Source of the DNA: Ginglymostoma cirratum
Lineage: Eukaryota
DNA: 64,000 nt
Direction: 5' to 3'
NCBI GenBank assembly: GCA_024137785.1
Contig: JAHRHZ010000140.1
Coordinates: forward strand, 27,653,010-27,717,009
Shown: in pieces, positions 51,780 through 64,000 of the stretch
How the letters are laid out: each line of letters starts with the position of its first letter
How positions within the stretch are numbered: the stretch's first letter is position 1
The notes under the pieces: model-generated
Told to the model about the DNA's origin: nothing
Database searches by the model: none
The model's input: only the letters and a program-made list of their open reading frames with translations
Made by a program: the position numbers and the translations under genes

Positions 51780-52395
51780 ATGAACATAGACAATTAAGAG
51801 ATGATACAGTTGAGGGGTTTAAGATAAAAAATTTAATAAGGTAGATGGAGAAAATCCATTGCCTCTGGGGCAGGTATACAAAGCAGGGAGCATAAAAAAG
51901 TAAAAATACGCCATCCAAGAGTGTGTGAAAAAATGCTTCTACCAGCCTTTGACGTCAGGAAATCTGGAACTCCATCAATCAAGATGCTGCTGAGGCTAGT
52001 CAATTGAAAAGTTCAAAATAAGACAGATATTGTCAGATATTAACAGATACGGAGCAAAGACAGGCATTTAGTGCTGAGTGCAGGTCACCCATGACCTAAC
52101 TGACTGGTGGAATGAAAACTAAGTTGCTGGAAAAGCTCAGTAGGTCTGGCAGCATCTGTGAAGGAAAAAACAGAGTTAATGTTTCAGGTCTGGTAACCCT
52201 TCCTCAGAACTCGGACCCAAAATGTTAACTCTGCTTTTTTCCTTCACGGATGCTGCCAGACCTGCTGAGCTTTTCCAACAACTTTGTTTTTGTTCCTGAT
52301 TTACAGCATCCGCAGTTCTTTCTGTTTTTATTTAGTAGTTGACTAGTGGAATGAGCTTGGTGGTCTGAATGGCCTGCTCCTGTTCCTATGTTCCT
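51780..52395 (+). mobile_element. CR1 3' end hosting a palindromic insertion
   Basis: CR1 tail ending gaatggcctgctcctgttcctatgttcct. Confidence 0.75.
52116..52339. mobile_element. Palindromic Penelope-like insertion (family B) with 15-bp TSD
   Basis: TSD TGACTGGTGGAATGA (52101-52115) / TGACTAGTGGAATGA (52340-52354); inverted arms of about 75 bp. Confidence 0.82.
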
Positions 52396-55300
52396 TCCTA
52401 AGGTCTTGGGGGCAGTAATAATTACTGTATTTTTCTGGAGTTCCTCATGAAGTTGTTTGTGACTGGGAATTTCTTGCTTCTAACTGCTGTAATAAGAGGA
52501 CAAGAGAATGTGCGCAGATACCAAAATCTGGTGTCAAGTGAAAGGAAAGGATCATTCTATCAAGCTATAAATGAACAGATCAACAGGGGATGGTAGGGAG
52601 AGGAGGCAGAAGTGGAACTTTGAAACAACCTGGAAATAAGATCAAAAATACAAGCAAAATCTTCATTACAGTATGAAGTCTCTCTCATAACTAGAGCTAT
52701 GAGCTCAATCACTTCTTTGATTCAGCAGGAAGCTCAGAGAAAACACCCTTAAAACAAAGGCTTGACTTTCCTAGGAAACTCTTTATAGCTTATTATAGTA
52801 GGGACCGCCATAAATCACATAATGAAAAAGTTTCAGATAATTTCTCTAAAATGTTTTGACTCTCAATCTCCACCCTTCAGATAAGTCAACTATCTCCATC
52901 AATAGTACAATGTGCAGCAGGTAATTTCCGACCACACACAAAGGGTTTGTGTGCTGGTGGTCACTAGCAACCAGTGTGATTTATAATTTGATTAAGATCC
53001 CAAGGACGAATCATTTGAATGATGCAAACTCATGGGAACATTTGGAACTCAGAGAAGTCAAATATTGAAGAAAGTAGCTCAGGAATTAGAATATAGAGAA
53101 TTCACTATAAAAGTAAATGAGCTACTGACACACGACAATGAACTCTGACAGTGAGGAGACATGACTGTTTTCAATTGAGGCACGAGTAATTTGCCATGGA
53201 CGTCCATGGATTTAGCTTCACAATCTAAAGGAAGGTTCACATTCTAAATAAGTTAAGCCTCAGGGTAACAAGGAGGATTTTAAGGCGAACAGAGGGAGAT
53301 TTTCGTTTTGAAAGAAGCGTTGGTGTTAACTTCAGCACAAACATTCCAGCAATGGGTAAACTGGCACTTAAAACTCAATTTGGTGACTTACCTGTCACAG
53401 CCAGGCCTCCAGACACTATAACTTCAGGCCACAATATTTCCATTTGCAGTCCACTGACTGAATGTTTGTGAGACACTGCCCTTAAAGTAGGCCAGGCCTC
53501 TTGTCAAAGTTATTGGACCAGTATAGGCGAGTTGTGACCTGCCATCTTCGCCAAAGTTAATTCTTTTGACCATTATTTGATTAAATAAATCATATGGTGA
53601 TCAATGGTAAGAGACTCCTGAAAATTCTTCATACACTGTTCAAAGATCAAACACTAACAGCATCATCAACAAAGTCCATTTTTATGAATAAAGAGAGCCA
53701 GTTGTCAGCAGTAATGAATGCTTAGAAGTATATGGTCTTCACATATCATGTAATGCATGTTAGCTTTTAAACACAAATTGAGTTTTTGACCTACACCGAG
53801 ATAAGTACTGAGTGGATTTACAGATTATGAAAGGAAGTAACCCTCAAACGGATTCTTCCTACCACATCACATTGAACTGGAAGATGGGTTGGAAAGTTCT
53901 CTTATAAACATTTAAAACAAAATGGACAAACTACTTAAAACGTGCATGTTCTGCCAAAGCTGCTCTTTAAAAGTAACCTTCTTTCTTTCAGAGATAATTA
54001 TTTCTGCTCAGCTTCCATGGTCAATTTCATAGCCCTTCTTCTTTATCTTTTTCATTTGACTTATTTTCCTCTTCAGATCCAAAAGCCTCAAGAAACCCAT
54101 ATTATAATGGTACAGAAGGAGACAATATAGCTCATTGAAAACTAAAGACTCAAAATCGTGCAACAGCTAGGGGACTCAGGCCCACAACCCATAGATTACG
54201 ATACAGATTTTTAACTTTGTGGCAGGAGTCATGAGTAATGCTGTTCCCCAGCCTTGCACCCAATCTCCTGCCTGGTAGTGCCACATATGCTTTTTCCACT
54301 GTGAAGTAGAGGGGATGAGTTGAAATGGGTGCTACCACCTATGGTAGCAGACCTGAGGCAGGAATGGAGCCCGTGTATGAAAATGGTTGCAGGCTAGAAC
54401 GTCTGCCTCAGCTGTTTGCAGTAATTTATAAAATGGGGTCATTCTCCCAAAGTCCAGTTGACATCCCCAATCATACACCCAAACCGTACCCCCACACTCA
54501 CCCACAACCATCTACACCATTGGATATAATGGCCATCTTTTCAGCCTGCTTCAAAGGTTTAAAAGTATTCAGTTCTGAGCCAATGTATATACAGCTTTGG
54601 GAAGGAATCCTACTCTGAATATTTGAGTGAGCTTCAAGCCCTACTCATGTATCAGCTCTGTAGAGACTGTTCACACAGCTGTGAAGGGTGCCTTGTATAA
54701 CAGGCACTTTTACAAGCTGCTATGAGAGATATGCATCTCTGAAGTGGCTTTTTGAATTTTCTTTGATTGTTGTGACGGACTTATCAGCATTTAACAGGCT
54801 TAATTCTTTTCTTCAAAGTATGTTTGAATAGATATTTATTTTGACAGTTTTATGAGCATTTTAAAAGATTTCTCAAGTTACTTAAGAGATGATAAGTTCT
54901 GCTAAAATTGGATTCTAGAAGACTGTTCCAAAGGCTCAACAGATTTTTGGACTTTAAACTAGTGATAAGATGAAAGCAGCTGTCCATAAGGCATATTAAA
55001 TACTCATTCTCAATCCTGTTGATTGGCGAAGAGAACCCCATCTATTAGACAAAGTTCTCTAATATGAGCACTTAGGCAATGGAGGTTAAATTTCAAGGTC
55101 ACTTACATTTTAAGGACAGAGACCTATCACTGCATTAGAAACAAACTGAACTTATCATACAGCAACTACATATAACAACATATTCCAACTAGGTACCTTA
55201 CAGGCTTCAGGGCGCAACACAGAGTTTAATAATTTCATAAAGCGAACACCCTCCTTACGTTCATTTGCCTTCCCTCACATCCCTTTGCCTATTTCTTTTA

Positions 55301-55427
55301 GCTCTCTCCCTCTTTGCACTGCTTTCATGTACTCTATTCATCCACACTGACCCACACCTCATCATCAACATAAGTCACCAAATTTACACAAAACTGATTT
55401 AATTCTGAACGTTCTTGACTTCTTCTT

Positions 55428-55975
55428 AGAATAGAATCATAGCATCCATAGGGCGTGGAAGCAGGCCATTCAGTCCATCGAGTTGACACTGACCCTTTGA
55501 ACAGCGTCCCAACCAGACTCACTCCCTACCCTATCCCTGCAACCCTACATTTCCCATGGCTAATCCACCTAACTTACACAACCCTGGAAACTATGGGCAA
55601 TTTAGCATGGCCAATCCACCTAACCTCCGCATAGATCATACAATTGCTACAGTGTGGAAACCGGCCATTCGGCTCAACAAGGCCACACTGACTCTCCGAA
55701 CAGCATCCTACCCTAACACTGGAACCCTGTATTTCCCATGGCCAATCCACCTAACTTACACATCCCTGAACACTATGGGCTATTTAGCATGGCCAATCCA
55801 TCTAAGCTGCACATCTTTGGACGATCAGAGGAAACTGAAGCACTCGGAGGAAATCCATGCAGACATGGGGAGAATGTCTGTGTGAAGTCTGCACAATCGC
55901 CTGAGGCGGGAATCAAACCCGGGTCCCTGGCACTGTGAGGCAGCAGTGCTAACCACTGAACCACCGCGCCACCCT
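55428..55975 (-). mobile_element. Compound HE1 SINE (one head, two 3' halves)
   Basis: Head at 55975-55910; the tail/body unit occurs twice (55428-55632 and 55633-55812). Confidence 0.88.
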
Positions 55976-57899
55976 TCTCAATGCCAAATTACAGAAGAGT
56001 GTTATTAATGACTAGAGGAAAGGTTTAGACAAACTTTTCTACATCCCATTCAAAGTTATGGTTTGAATTTACAATGATGTATATTTAGAACTTCACTAAC
56101 AAATGACAGAATATATCTCAAAATAAGAATTCTTTCTCATTACCAGGACATACTGAAAATAATTTATTGCAAGGAATTAATGTGATGAGAGCAATCTAAT
56201 TGGTTCACTACTATGCTTCAGCCCTCAGATAGAGGAGCATGGACGTATTCACTGAATGATTCTTGGAAAGTGTTAGTTCTTTTTTAAATTGGATTCATAG
56301 CTGTCTGGAAAGTTTTTCTGACACTTATATACATGTCCCAACATTAAAACAGAACCAGCACCAAGTTTTAGCTTGGCAAACTGATAGTTGTAAAAATTTC
56401 AATTCTAATGCAACATGTAGTGCAAAACATTGGCCAATCAACCCAGAATATCAGAAGGAATTCTATTTTTACTTAATGCATTCCCCGTATCAATACAATC
56501 TTTCTGGCCATGTGTACTGGGGTGGACCTCTGCATTATAGTACTGCACGTTGACACTCCCAATATATACCTTCATTCTTTATGCCCCTCAATCCGATGCA
56601 AGAACATTAGAGATCTAGCATTCAGCAGGTATATTTCCTGACTGCTATCCCATTTAGTCCTCAACTGTTAGGTGCATTTTACACTATGGGTTAGAGTTTT
56701 GATGAAAACTCTCCAGTTATTTGAAACTACTGTTAACCACTGTCACTGCTTTATTATAAAGTTCAATATAGCTGAAATTGGGTTTATTAAAATGAAGAAA
56801 GGATCATCAAATATCCTTTAATTACATCCTTGAAATCAGATCTGGTCTCCCAGTAAAACATTTCCATTACAATAAATTCCGTAATGATGTAAATGATAAA
56901 AGTTCTGGGTTTGGGGCAACTGTCAGTATCATGACCAACTGTCAGTTCACATGAAAGGATTATACACTGCAATTCTGTCACTTCATAATTATGCAGATGT
57001 AATCTGCACTTGCTGAACAGGAAGCTGTATTAAGGAAGTAACATAAAAAACCGTGTATTTCACAGCCTTGTAAAATACCATAAGGGTGTGTCTGGAAATA
57101 CACTTAACTATGTTAATGATTATTTTGATAAACATTTGTATAGAACTAACTAGAATATTAAAAGTAATCTGAAGTTCCGAAACCTGCAATGTTATCTTGG
57201 TATAAAATAGAAGAGTGTGTCTCCCACGTATTTCCAGTATCTGCTTTATGCAGTATCATAAAGTATTCACAATTATATTGGATATAATTTCCCGATCAAA
57301 ATGTCCGATTGTCTGAGTGCTGACGGGAGGAAGCCACAACTTCGGACAGAACGATAACCAATCGCCTCTTCAGCACATCATCAACAATGGCTGGTTCTCT
57401 GCTACCTTCATAATTGCAGCTCTTTCAGAGGTGACTGACTTCCTGTTCATTGGTAACTTTCTGACAACCAAATACATAAAATGGGCTCTGCCTGCATTAT
57501 ACCAGGGTGTCTTACACTTCAATCAGCTCATCTACAATTAACACCCTGAAGTGGTACATGCATTTTTACTCATTTAACATGCTACCCTGAAATAATATAA
57601 ATTTGTTGTCCTTCAACATCTGTTGAAGATGGCTTCCAAATGATTGCAAACAAAATACTGGAATTACCACTTTTACGCAGATTAGGTTTCTCCATAAAGT
57701 ACTTCAAATTCACTACATAACACTTTGAAGTTAAATTCCTGCCTATGATGTTTTACTACATTATTAACCCCAGATTAAGAAAAGGTCAGGCAGGAATTTA
57801 ACGTGATTACACTAACCAATACATGAAAGAGCTGAGAAAGACAAGTTACTTTTCTGCAAGATGCCTCTTTCATTACTTTCCACGATATATCTTTTTTAC

Positions 57900-58361
57900 G
57901 TTGCCAGGTTTGCAGGGTTTGAGCTACAGTGAGAGGCCGAATAAGCTGGGGCTATTTTCCATGCAGCGTTGGAAGCTGAAGGGTGACCTTATAGAGGTTT
58001 GTAAGATCATGACGGGCATGGATAGGGCGAATAGACAAGGTCTTTTCCCTGGGGTGGGGGGAGTCCAAAACTACAGGCGATAGGTTTAAAGCAAGAGGGG
58101 AAAGACTTAAAAGGGACGTAAGGGGCAACATTTTCGTGCAAAGGGTGGTGTGTGTATGGAATGAGCTGCCAGAGCAGGTGGTGGAGGCTGGTATAATTAC
58201 AACATTTAAAAGGTATCTGGATGGGTATATGAATAGAAAGGGTTTAGAGGGATATGGACCAAATGCTGACAAATGGGAGTAGATTAATTTAGGATATCCG
58301 GTCAGCATGGACGAGTTGGACTGAAGGGTCTTTTTCCATGCTGTACATCTCTATGACTCTA
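57900..58361 (+). mobile_element. CR1 (HER1-like) 3' end, relatively young
   Basis: LPGLQGLSYSERPNKLGLFSMQRWKLKGDLIEVCKIMTGMDR; tail catctctatgactcta. Confidence 0.92.
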
Positions 58362-59114
58362 CTGCATTTTATTCAAATCTATCACTTATAGCATAACTTT
58401 CAATTCTCTCACATAAAAGACTTTTCCAAATTGTGACTTTATATTAGATACATTGAACAGCTGGCTTCTAATACTTCTTTTAATTATTTTATGACATTCC
58501 ACTGTACTGCAGTGTAAGGTTATGTAACTAAAAGTGAAAACCTCATGATAACAGAATACGGGAATGCTAGTGAGACAACTGGTATTCCACCATCACCCTA
58601 CCGTAAATAGTGACAGGTACCAAATGTAGAGTTCAGTCTTTAGGTAGGTTAGGGTTGTCTTATACAATATTAATCTACATTATACAGAAAACCCCCTTGT
58701 AATTATGATAATTGCTGATTCCTCCAGAGACTCAACTGTATGATACGATAATATTGTGACTAGAGATTGATACAAAATTCCTTTCTAGCTACCAGGATAC
58801 AAACAACTGTATTAACAGAAAAGTAACCAATGTAAGGCTACCATGATTTGCTTAATATTTATGATCAAGTAAATAACACCGGAGAAAACAATACAAATGA
58901 TTGAGAGTTTGAATATCACTCCACAAAGAGATTTCCAGCACATTAATACCTTTCAACAAAGTTTCTATCAAAACAAAAATAACATAAGTCCATAAAAAGT
59001 GCAAACAAGTTTAGATTTTGTTTACAATAGACAAGAAAAACTATTGCAGATATCGTAGGATCCTCAAGCACACATATCACACAAAGTTAAAATATATAAA
59101 AGAAAATGAATTAC

Positions 59115-60879
59115 TTGGTTCAGGTGAAGCCATTGTGGAGACAATAATTGGTGGTCCTGTGCGTCTGGTCACTTTCTGGTTTGCAGTAGTCGGCAACCTG
59201 TAAGCTGAGCTTGTAGGTACCAGCATAGATTCCATGTGCGCTCCTGGCTTTCGGAGAATCTGAGGACTACTGTGAGGGCTGTGTGCTGGAGAATGAGCTT
59301 GGTTGCGCTCCCTTGTCATAAGTTCAATGGGTACAGTGTAAGTAGTAGAATAGGCAGTTTTAGGACCTGGATTTGGAGTAACCTGTCCTGTATTCATTGC
59401 TATTCCAGACTGTGCACTATAGATAGGCCCCGATCGCAGATTTTGCAGCCCAACAGAATTGCTGTAGCCTGAGAAGCTTGGAAAATGATTTCCTAATCTT
59501 CCAGGCCCAGATGAACCATAGGTTGCGGTTTCCAGGAGATGTTGAGATGGGGCACTCGATGGTCGGCGGTTCAATTCAGCAAGCCTGGGTGACATTGGTT
59601 GCAATGCCATTGGTAGCTGCTGAACAGCAGAACTATCTATTGTAGGGAGCATTCCTGGTTGGACTCCATAGTCATTACGCATTAGCTCACTTCTGTGGCT
59701 GAAGCTGTTTGAACGTGTTCTTGTACGAGTACTGGAATTTTGCAGCTCTTGTCGTAACTGCATGTCCGCTTTGCAACTCTGGACAAGCCGTAACAGCAAC
59801 CGGGCCTGACCCAGATTTGGAGTCACTGACTTAATGTCATTTTCTTCTAACATAGCTAGGCAGCTTGTTGAATCAAAACCTTGTTGCAGTAAAGCAGCAA
59901 CTGTACTTTCGGAAAGCCCCTCTGAGCGCAATAGTGCTAGAAATTCAGCCTTGTTGTCCTGTCCAGGGACGTGGCCACGAGGTATCATGGTGTTGTCATA
60001 ACCATCATAAACTGGCTTTGACACCAAACTATCTCTCTGCAAGCTGAAATCAGGCATCATTCTAGTTGCCATTCCTTGTCTAGGAGTGTGATTCAATACA
60101 CTAGGAGACATCATTCTATCCAAAGAGTTCTCACATCGAGATCCAGTCGCAGGATCAACAACTAAACATGTTGGAGCGACCTGTCGGGCACCTGTGGAAT
60201 CACTGTACATCTGTTTATTAGTGAGAGATGGTGGCTCTGTTCCGTAATGAGGGAGAGGCGTTTCAGCACCATATCTAGCAGGGGAAGGATCTCGACTACG
60301 CGTTTTCTGTCCATCAAGAATCAGCTTACCGGAAGGATCATGGTACATACGATTTATCTCAGGACGAGGTGACCTCCCTTGTGAGTGGTCCCATGACATT
60401 CTTCCTCCTGACATCCCATAATTCTGCGGTGATCTGTTAAGCATATGATCCCTATAAAAACGTGCCTCTTCAGATGGCCTAACGCCCAAAGCAGGCTCTG
60501 GATAGTAATCCTGAGGAGGCACTGAACTGCGTCCAGACATAACAGGCTGCTTTTCGTAAGAATGAGAGAAATCAGGCACAGGACTTTTCCTCACAGGTCT
60601 GCGGTAATACCGATTGGGGTAAACTTGGTCAAACCCCAAGTCTGAATGCATGTAACATTCGTAGTTATGTTCATTTCCCTCTGTCAAGTTGTTGCTGTGC
60701 ACTCTGATGCTATCTGGGTCGTCAGAGACAATTTCACCGTAGTAGTTTAATGAATTTCTTCTCCTAGGATGCCTTGCGTATTCACATACACTGTCGTGTT
60801 CCCAGTTGTCTTCACAAAATCCACTAGAGTCCCAGCTCTGAGAGCGGCCAACAGTTGTATGCTTGCTAGGGACAGGCAT
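59115..60879 (-). CDS. CTBP2: RIBEYE A-domain exon (ribbon-synapse-specific first coding exon of CTBP2)
   Basis: Only long ORF in the window. It matches hallmark RIBEYE A-domain blocks: MPVPS.H..GRSQSWD, ARQVAPTCLVVDP, EFLALLRSEGL...QQGFDS...NLGQAR, RRPSSAPSQHLLET, TAYSTTYTVP, QKVTRRTGPPIIVSTMASPEPS. There is an in-frame TGA 18 nt upstream of the ATG. The exon ends CCA A|GTAATT (GT at 59114-59113), phase 1 as needed to join the shared (S)IRPQIMNG exon. Confidence 0.96.
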
Positions 60880-61510
60880 TGGAATAAAACGACTTCAGCT
60901 TAGTTAAAGAGGCGGGACCTCTGGTTACAAAAACATGAAACAAAGCAGACTGGATTCACCTGAGCCCCACTGGGACTGCAGAACTAAGCAACTGGAGGTT
61001 TTCTATTACAAAGTACTGCTTGAATTATTAATCCACAGAAACATCAGTAGAAACAAAACACAACGCACCTTGTTATCAATTCTCATTTCACAGCGACTGA
61101 ATGAAAGGTCTTCTTTGTGTGCCTGCTTGCAGATGGAAAGGGTAGCTTCCTTTAATCCATACATTTATCCTTTCTTGCTTGGGACACTGCTTTTGTGGGC
61201 AACTGGTATGGCAGGGCTCACGGATTAAGCACTAAATTAAACCAGTAAAGCCTTTGCTCTTTGTGACATCAATCGAGCTCATTCCAAGACTCTGCATCGC
61301 TCCTTTTTAATCGGACTGCCACAATTTGCTGCAAAATTATTTAAATGGATTTTTGTAATATTTAGGAAATGTATTTAAATGTGGACAGCTTCTGTGCTTT
61401 CTGGCAAAAGGGAGGAGGGGAAATGGCACAGAGAGGAAAAAAAAAACTGGAAATCCCTCACTGTCAGCACAATTCAAATCCAGCTTGACGAGATACTAAT
61501 CCAGTGAATA
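60880..61510 (-). promoter_or_regulatory. Putative RIBEYE promoter/5'UTR with CRX/OTX-type sites
   Basis: Exact TAATCC/GGATTA at 61029-61034, 61153-61158, 61222-61227 and 61497-61502, plus TAATCG at 61308-61313, in repeat-free DNA directly upstream of the ATG. Confidence 0.55.
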
Positions 61511-62249
61511 CAGCTGGAAACAAACTGCATGCAAGTGGGAATGTTGACAAAATAGAAATTTCAAACTAAATAAGCAAAGAATTAGAACTGAAAGGACTTC
61601 TTTCAATCTTGTCAGCGGAAATATTCCTGTGCCCTTTTGGTTTAGTTACGTAATCATGGTATTTATTTTATATGCAAAGTTAAATCTAGCAACCTAAATC
61701 ACACTGAGTGAAGATTCAGTGCCACATCATTACGATAAGATGAAAATCCTCTCATCATCTCACAAGGGAAAATTGCCAGAATGTAATCTGGAATTTGCAG
61801 CATTAAGAGCACAGCAGAGGTCAAAACATTCCAGGAAGGAAACAAAAGGGACAGAATTTAACTCTATGTGTGCACAAAATGGCCACGGTGAGCAATGCAC
61901 CGACTAGCTGAGTTTATGCAGACAATCACAAAACAAAGATGATACTTAAACTGGAAAGTAACTGCAAATAATCATTTAACAACAGATTTGGCTTTCTGAA
62001 AACAGTAATCAATTTTATATTTTGTTTATAACTGTTCAGAAAATATGTTGATGCTGTTATTTTGTCATTCATTGTCCATTAATGACTATTTCCAATTCAA
62101 TCTCTTATTGCTAGATGACGACGACAACTCAGAAACCCTGATTCACACATTCCTACCTCTTAGGGCAGTCTTCACTGTTGGTCAATAGATCATAGGATAT
62201 TTAGGTTTACACCCATGCTAAGTGTACAGGAGATGCTAGAAGGACTCTT

Positions 62250-62345
62250 GTGCAGATACTGTTGCGTCCCTACCTCCGGGCTAGAAACCCTGGGTTCAAG
62301 TCACATCTGCTTCAGAAGTGCATCAGAACCTGTCAGGTTGATTAA
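62250..62345 (+). mobile_element. tRNA-like SINE head fragment
   Basis: gcgtccctacctccgggctagaaaccctgggttcaagtc, with a B-box-like GGTTCAAGTC. Confidence 0.45.
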
Positions 62346-64000
62346 AAATATCTACAGCAGCTACTAAGAACTCTTCAACACAGTTCAGCATAAACTGCAG
62401 AGATTTTGGAGTCTTAACAATAACCAACATACTCCAATAGTGAAATACTTGAAACGTGCCGACAGTATTATTTGTGTGACAACACTTGCCAAGTTCCAAC
62501 TCAATGTACAGGCTGGTTATCATCAGACATATGATCTACGCAAGAGAATGGCTTAACAAAAAGTTTCTTTGTACTTGCAAAGCACAATTAAGAGAAACCA
62601 TAAAAGTTAAATCAAATGATAAGTTGACAACATTGGCATTGACCCTCGTATTTCCTGCTTGTTAATTTATGTTAAAGTAAAACACCCAAAACTATTAACA
62701 TCACTGGGTAAGGCTGCAATTCTGATTTGCTGCTGATACCAACTTAGTATTAAATATGCTTTACTCATTAGAAAAAATGTCTGTCACCATGAATGTCATT
62801 AAGATGTTAAGCTATTACATTTGCTTATAAATCTTTCACTGTTTGCAAAATCTAACATAATGCTTAAAGAATGCTATTTGTGATAGTGCACTATCTGAAA
62901 CAGCATAAAACAGATTGCTTTGGAAACAAATAACTTAGCTTTAAGGGTCCTATACCATGATAGTGCAAATTAAACTAGTAAGTAACTGTTCAAGAAGTTA
63001 TGTGCAATAATATGCAGTTAATAAAACAATTAAAGTGCCAAAGTGTTTAATCAATGTGTCATTTAAGTTCACTGCTTTTACTTTAAATAAAAACATAGGC
63101 TAACCAGTGAGTACATACTGAGATCAATATTTGCAAAAAGAATGGAAGTATAATTAATTTCAGAATTAATTAAGAAATTAATAATTAACTAAGAAACAGG
63201 ACTGCTCCAATTTCCTCAAAAAAATTACAATAATGTGAGAAGAGACCAATCCTTTTGAAACTGGGAACTGTCTTATATGGTCAAAAAGGAACAGCTGTGA
63301 ATATGCTAAATTTAAATTACTATCAATCATTTGTTATTTTGAATAATATACTTACAGTGTTGTTGAATTGAAACGTCCCTTTCCATTTCAGCCAGACTGC
63401 CAATAAAAATGGCACTGTCACTACTACTAATGTTTGATCTATAGTAGGTGACTTTGTCTAGTTTTTTATTCCCCCTGGAGTACTGCCACTGATGAAATTT
63501 GTATGATTCTCTGTTGTTGAGATTAAACTCTGTTTATGTACAATGTGCTACAGTTTGACAGCTGCATGCCCATAGAGTAGCAAGTCCAAATGAATCAATG
63601 ACGAGAATGGAAGAAAATGTAGATGTTTCTGCAGGATGTAACAATAAGCAACACAAAGCATAACTGGCACAGACCAAGTATTATTACTTTAAAAGACAAT
63701 AATAATAGCAATTTGAAGAATAGCCAGCAGCTAAGAGGTTCTGTAGTAGTTAGCTAGAGTTCCAAAAGACTGCGAACACTCAAATCTGGTAACCACCTAA
63801 AGAATAGGTAACTGTTCTCACCCAGGTCCATGAACAGGCCATTTCACATGGAACAAATTTAATGTTCAAAGTTGGTGAAGAAGCCGCAGTTCATTCGCAC
63901 ATCTTTGCAGTTGAAAGGGGAACTCGTGAGGTGAACTGCAGTAATTTATGAATGAAGTAAACATACATATTGAATGAGAATGACAACTGAGCAGCCTATC

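Noticed and set aside
55550-55810. CRISPR-like repeats and TAATCC/CAATCC clusters
   Set aside because: Internal direct repeats of the HE1 SINE; no unique spacers, and the DNA is eukaryotic.
59077-59114. Last 12 codons of the 600-aa ORF as part of RIBEYE
   Set aside because: Homology ends at SPEP(S) and a GT donor follows, so these codons are intronic in the normal transcript.
60900-64000. Canonical MALVDKHKVKRQRL exon
   Set aside because: Not found; expected further upstream.

Overview
Eukaryotic, AT-rich, repeat-dense DNA, inferred to be elasmobranch (shark) from HE1-type tRNA SINEs and the CR1, RTE and Penelope-like remnants. The window lies inside the CTBP2/RIBEYE gene on the minus strand. 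It holds the large RIBEYE A-domain first coding exon (60879-59115, 588 codons plus 1 nt, phase-1 GT donor). About 52 kb downstream is a second, tiny alternative first coding exon (7401-7380, MWKQHFP-G) ending at a non-canonical GC donor in the same phase. I did not find the shared B-domain (dehydrogenase) exons or the MALVDKHK exon here. The rest is intron: a Gypsy integrase remnant with its LTR, solo LTRs, many CR1 fragments, seven HE1 SINE loci, RTE, L2-like and Harbinger fragments, and ancient SINE heads. There is also a set of palindromic Penelope-like insertions with 10-17 bp target-site duplications and hammerhead-ribozyme core motifs. No prokaryotic features, CRISPR arrays or intact RNA genes were seen. 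Repeat boundaries were placed by eye and are approximate unless a TSD is quoted. Family names come from recalled motifs, not database searches.
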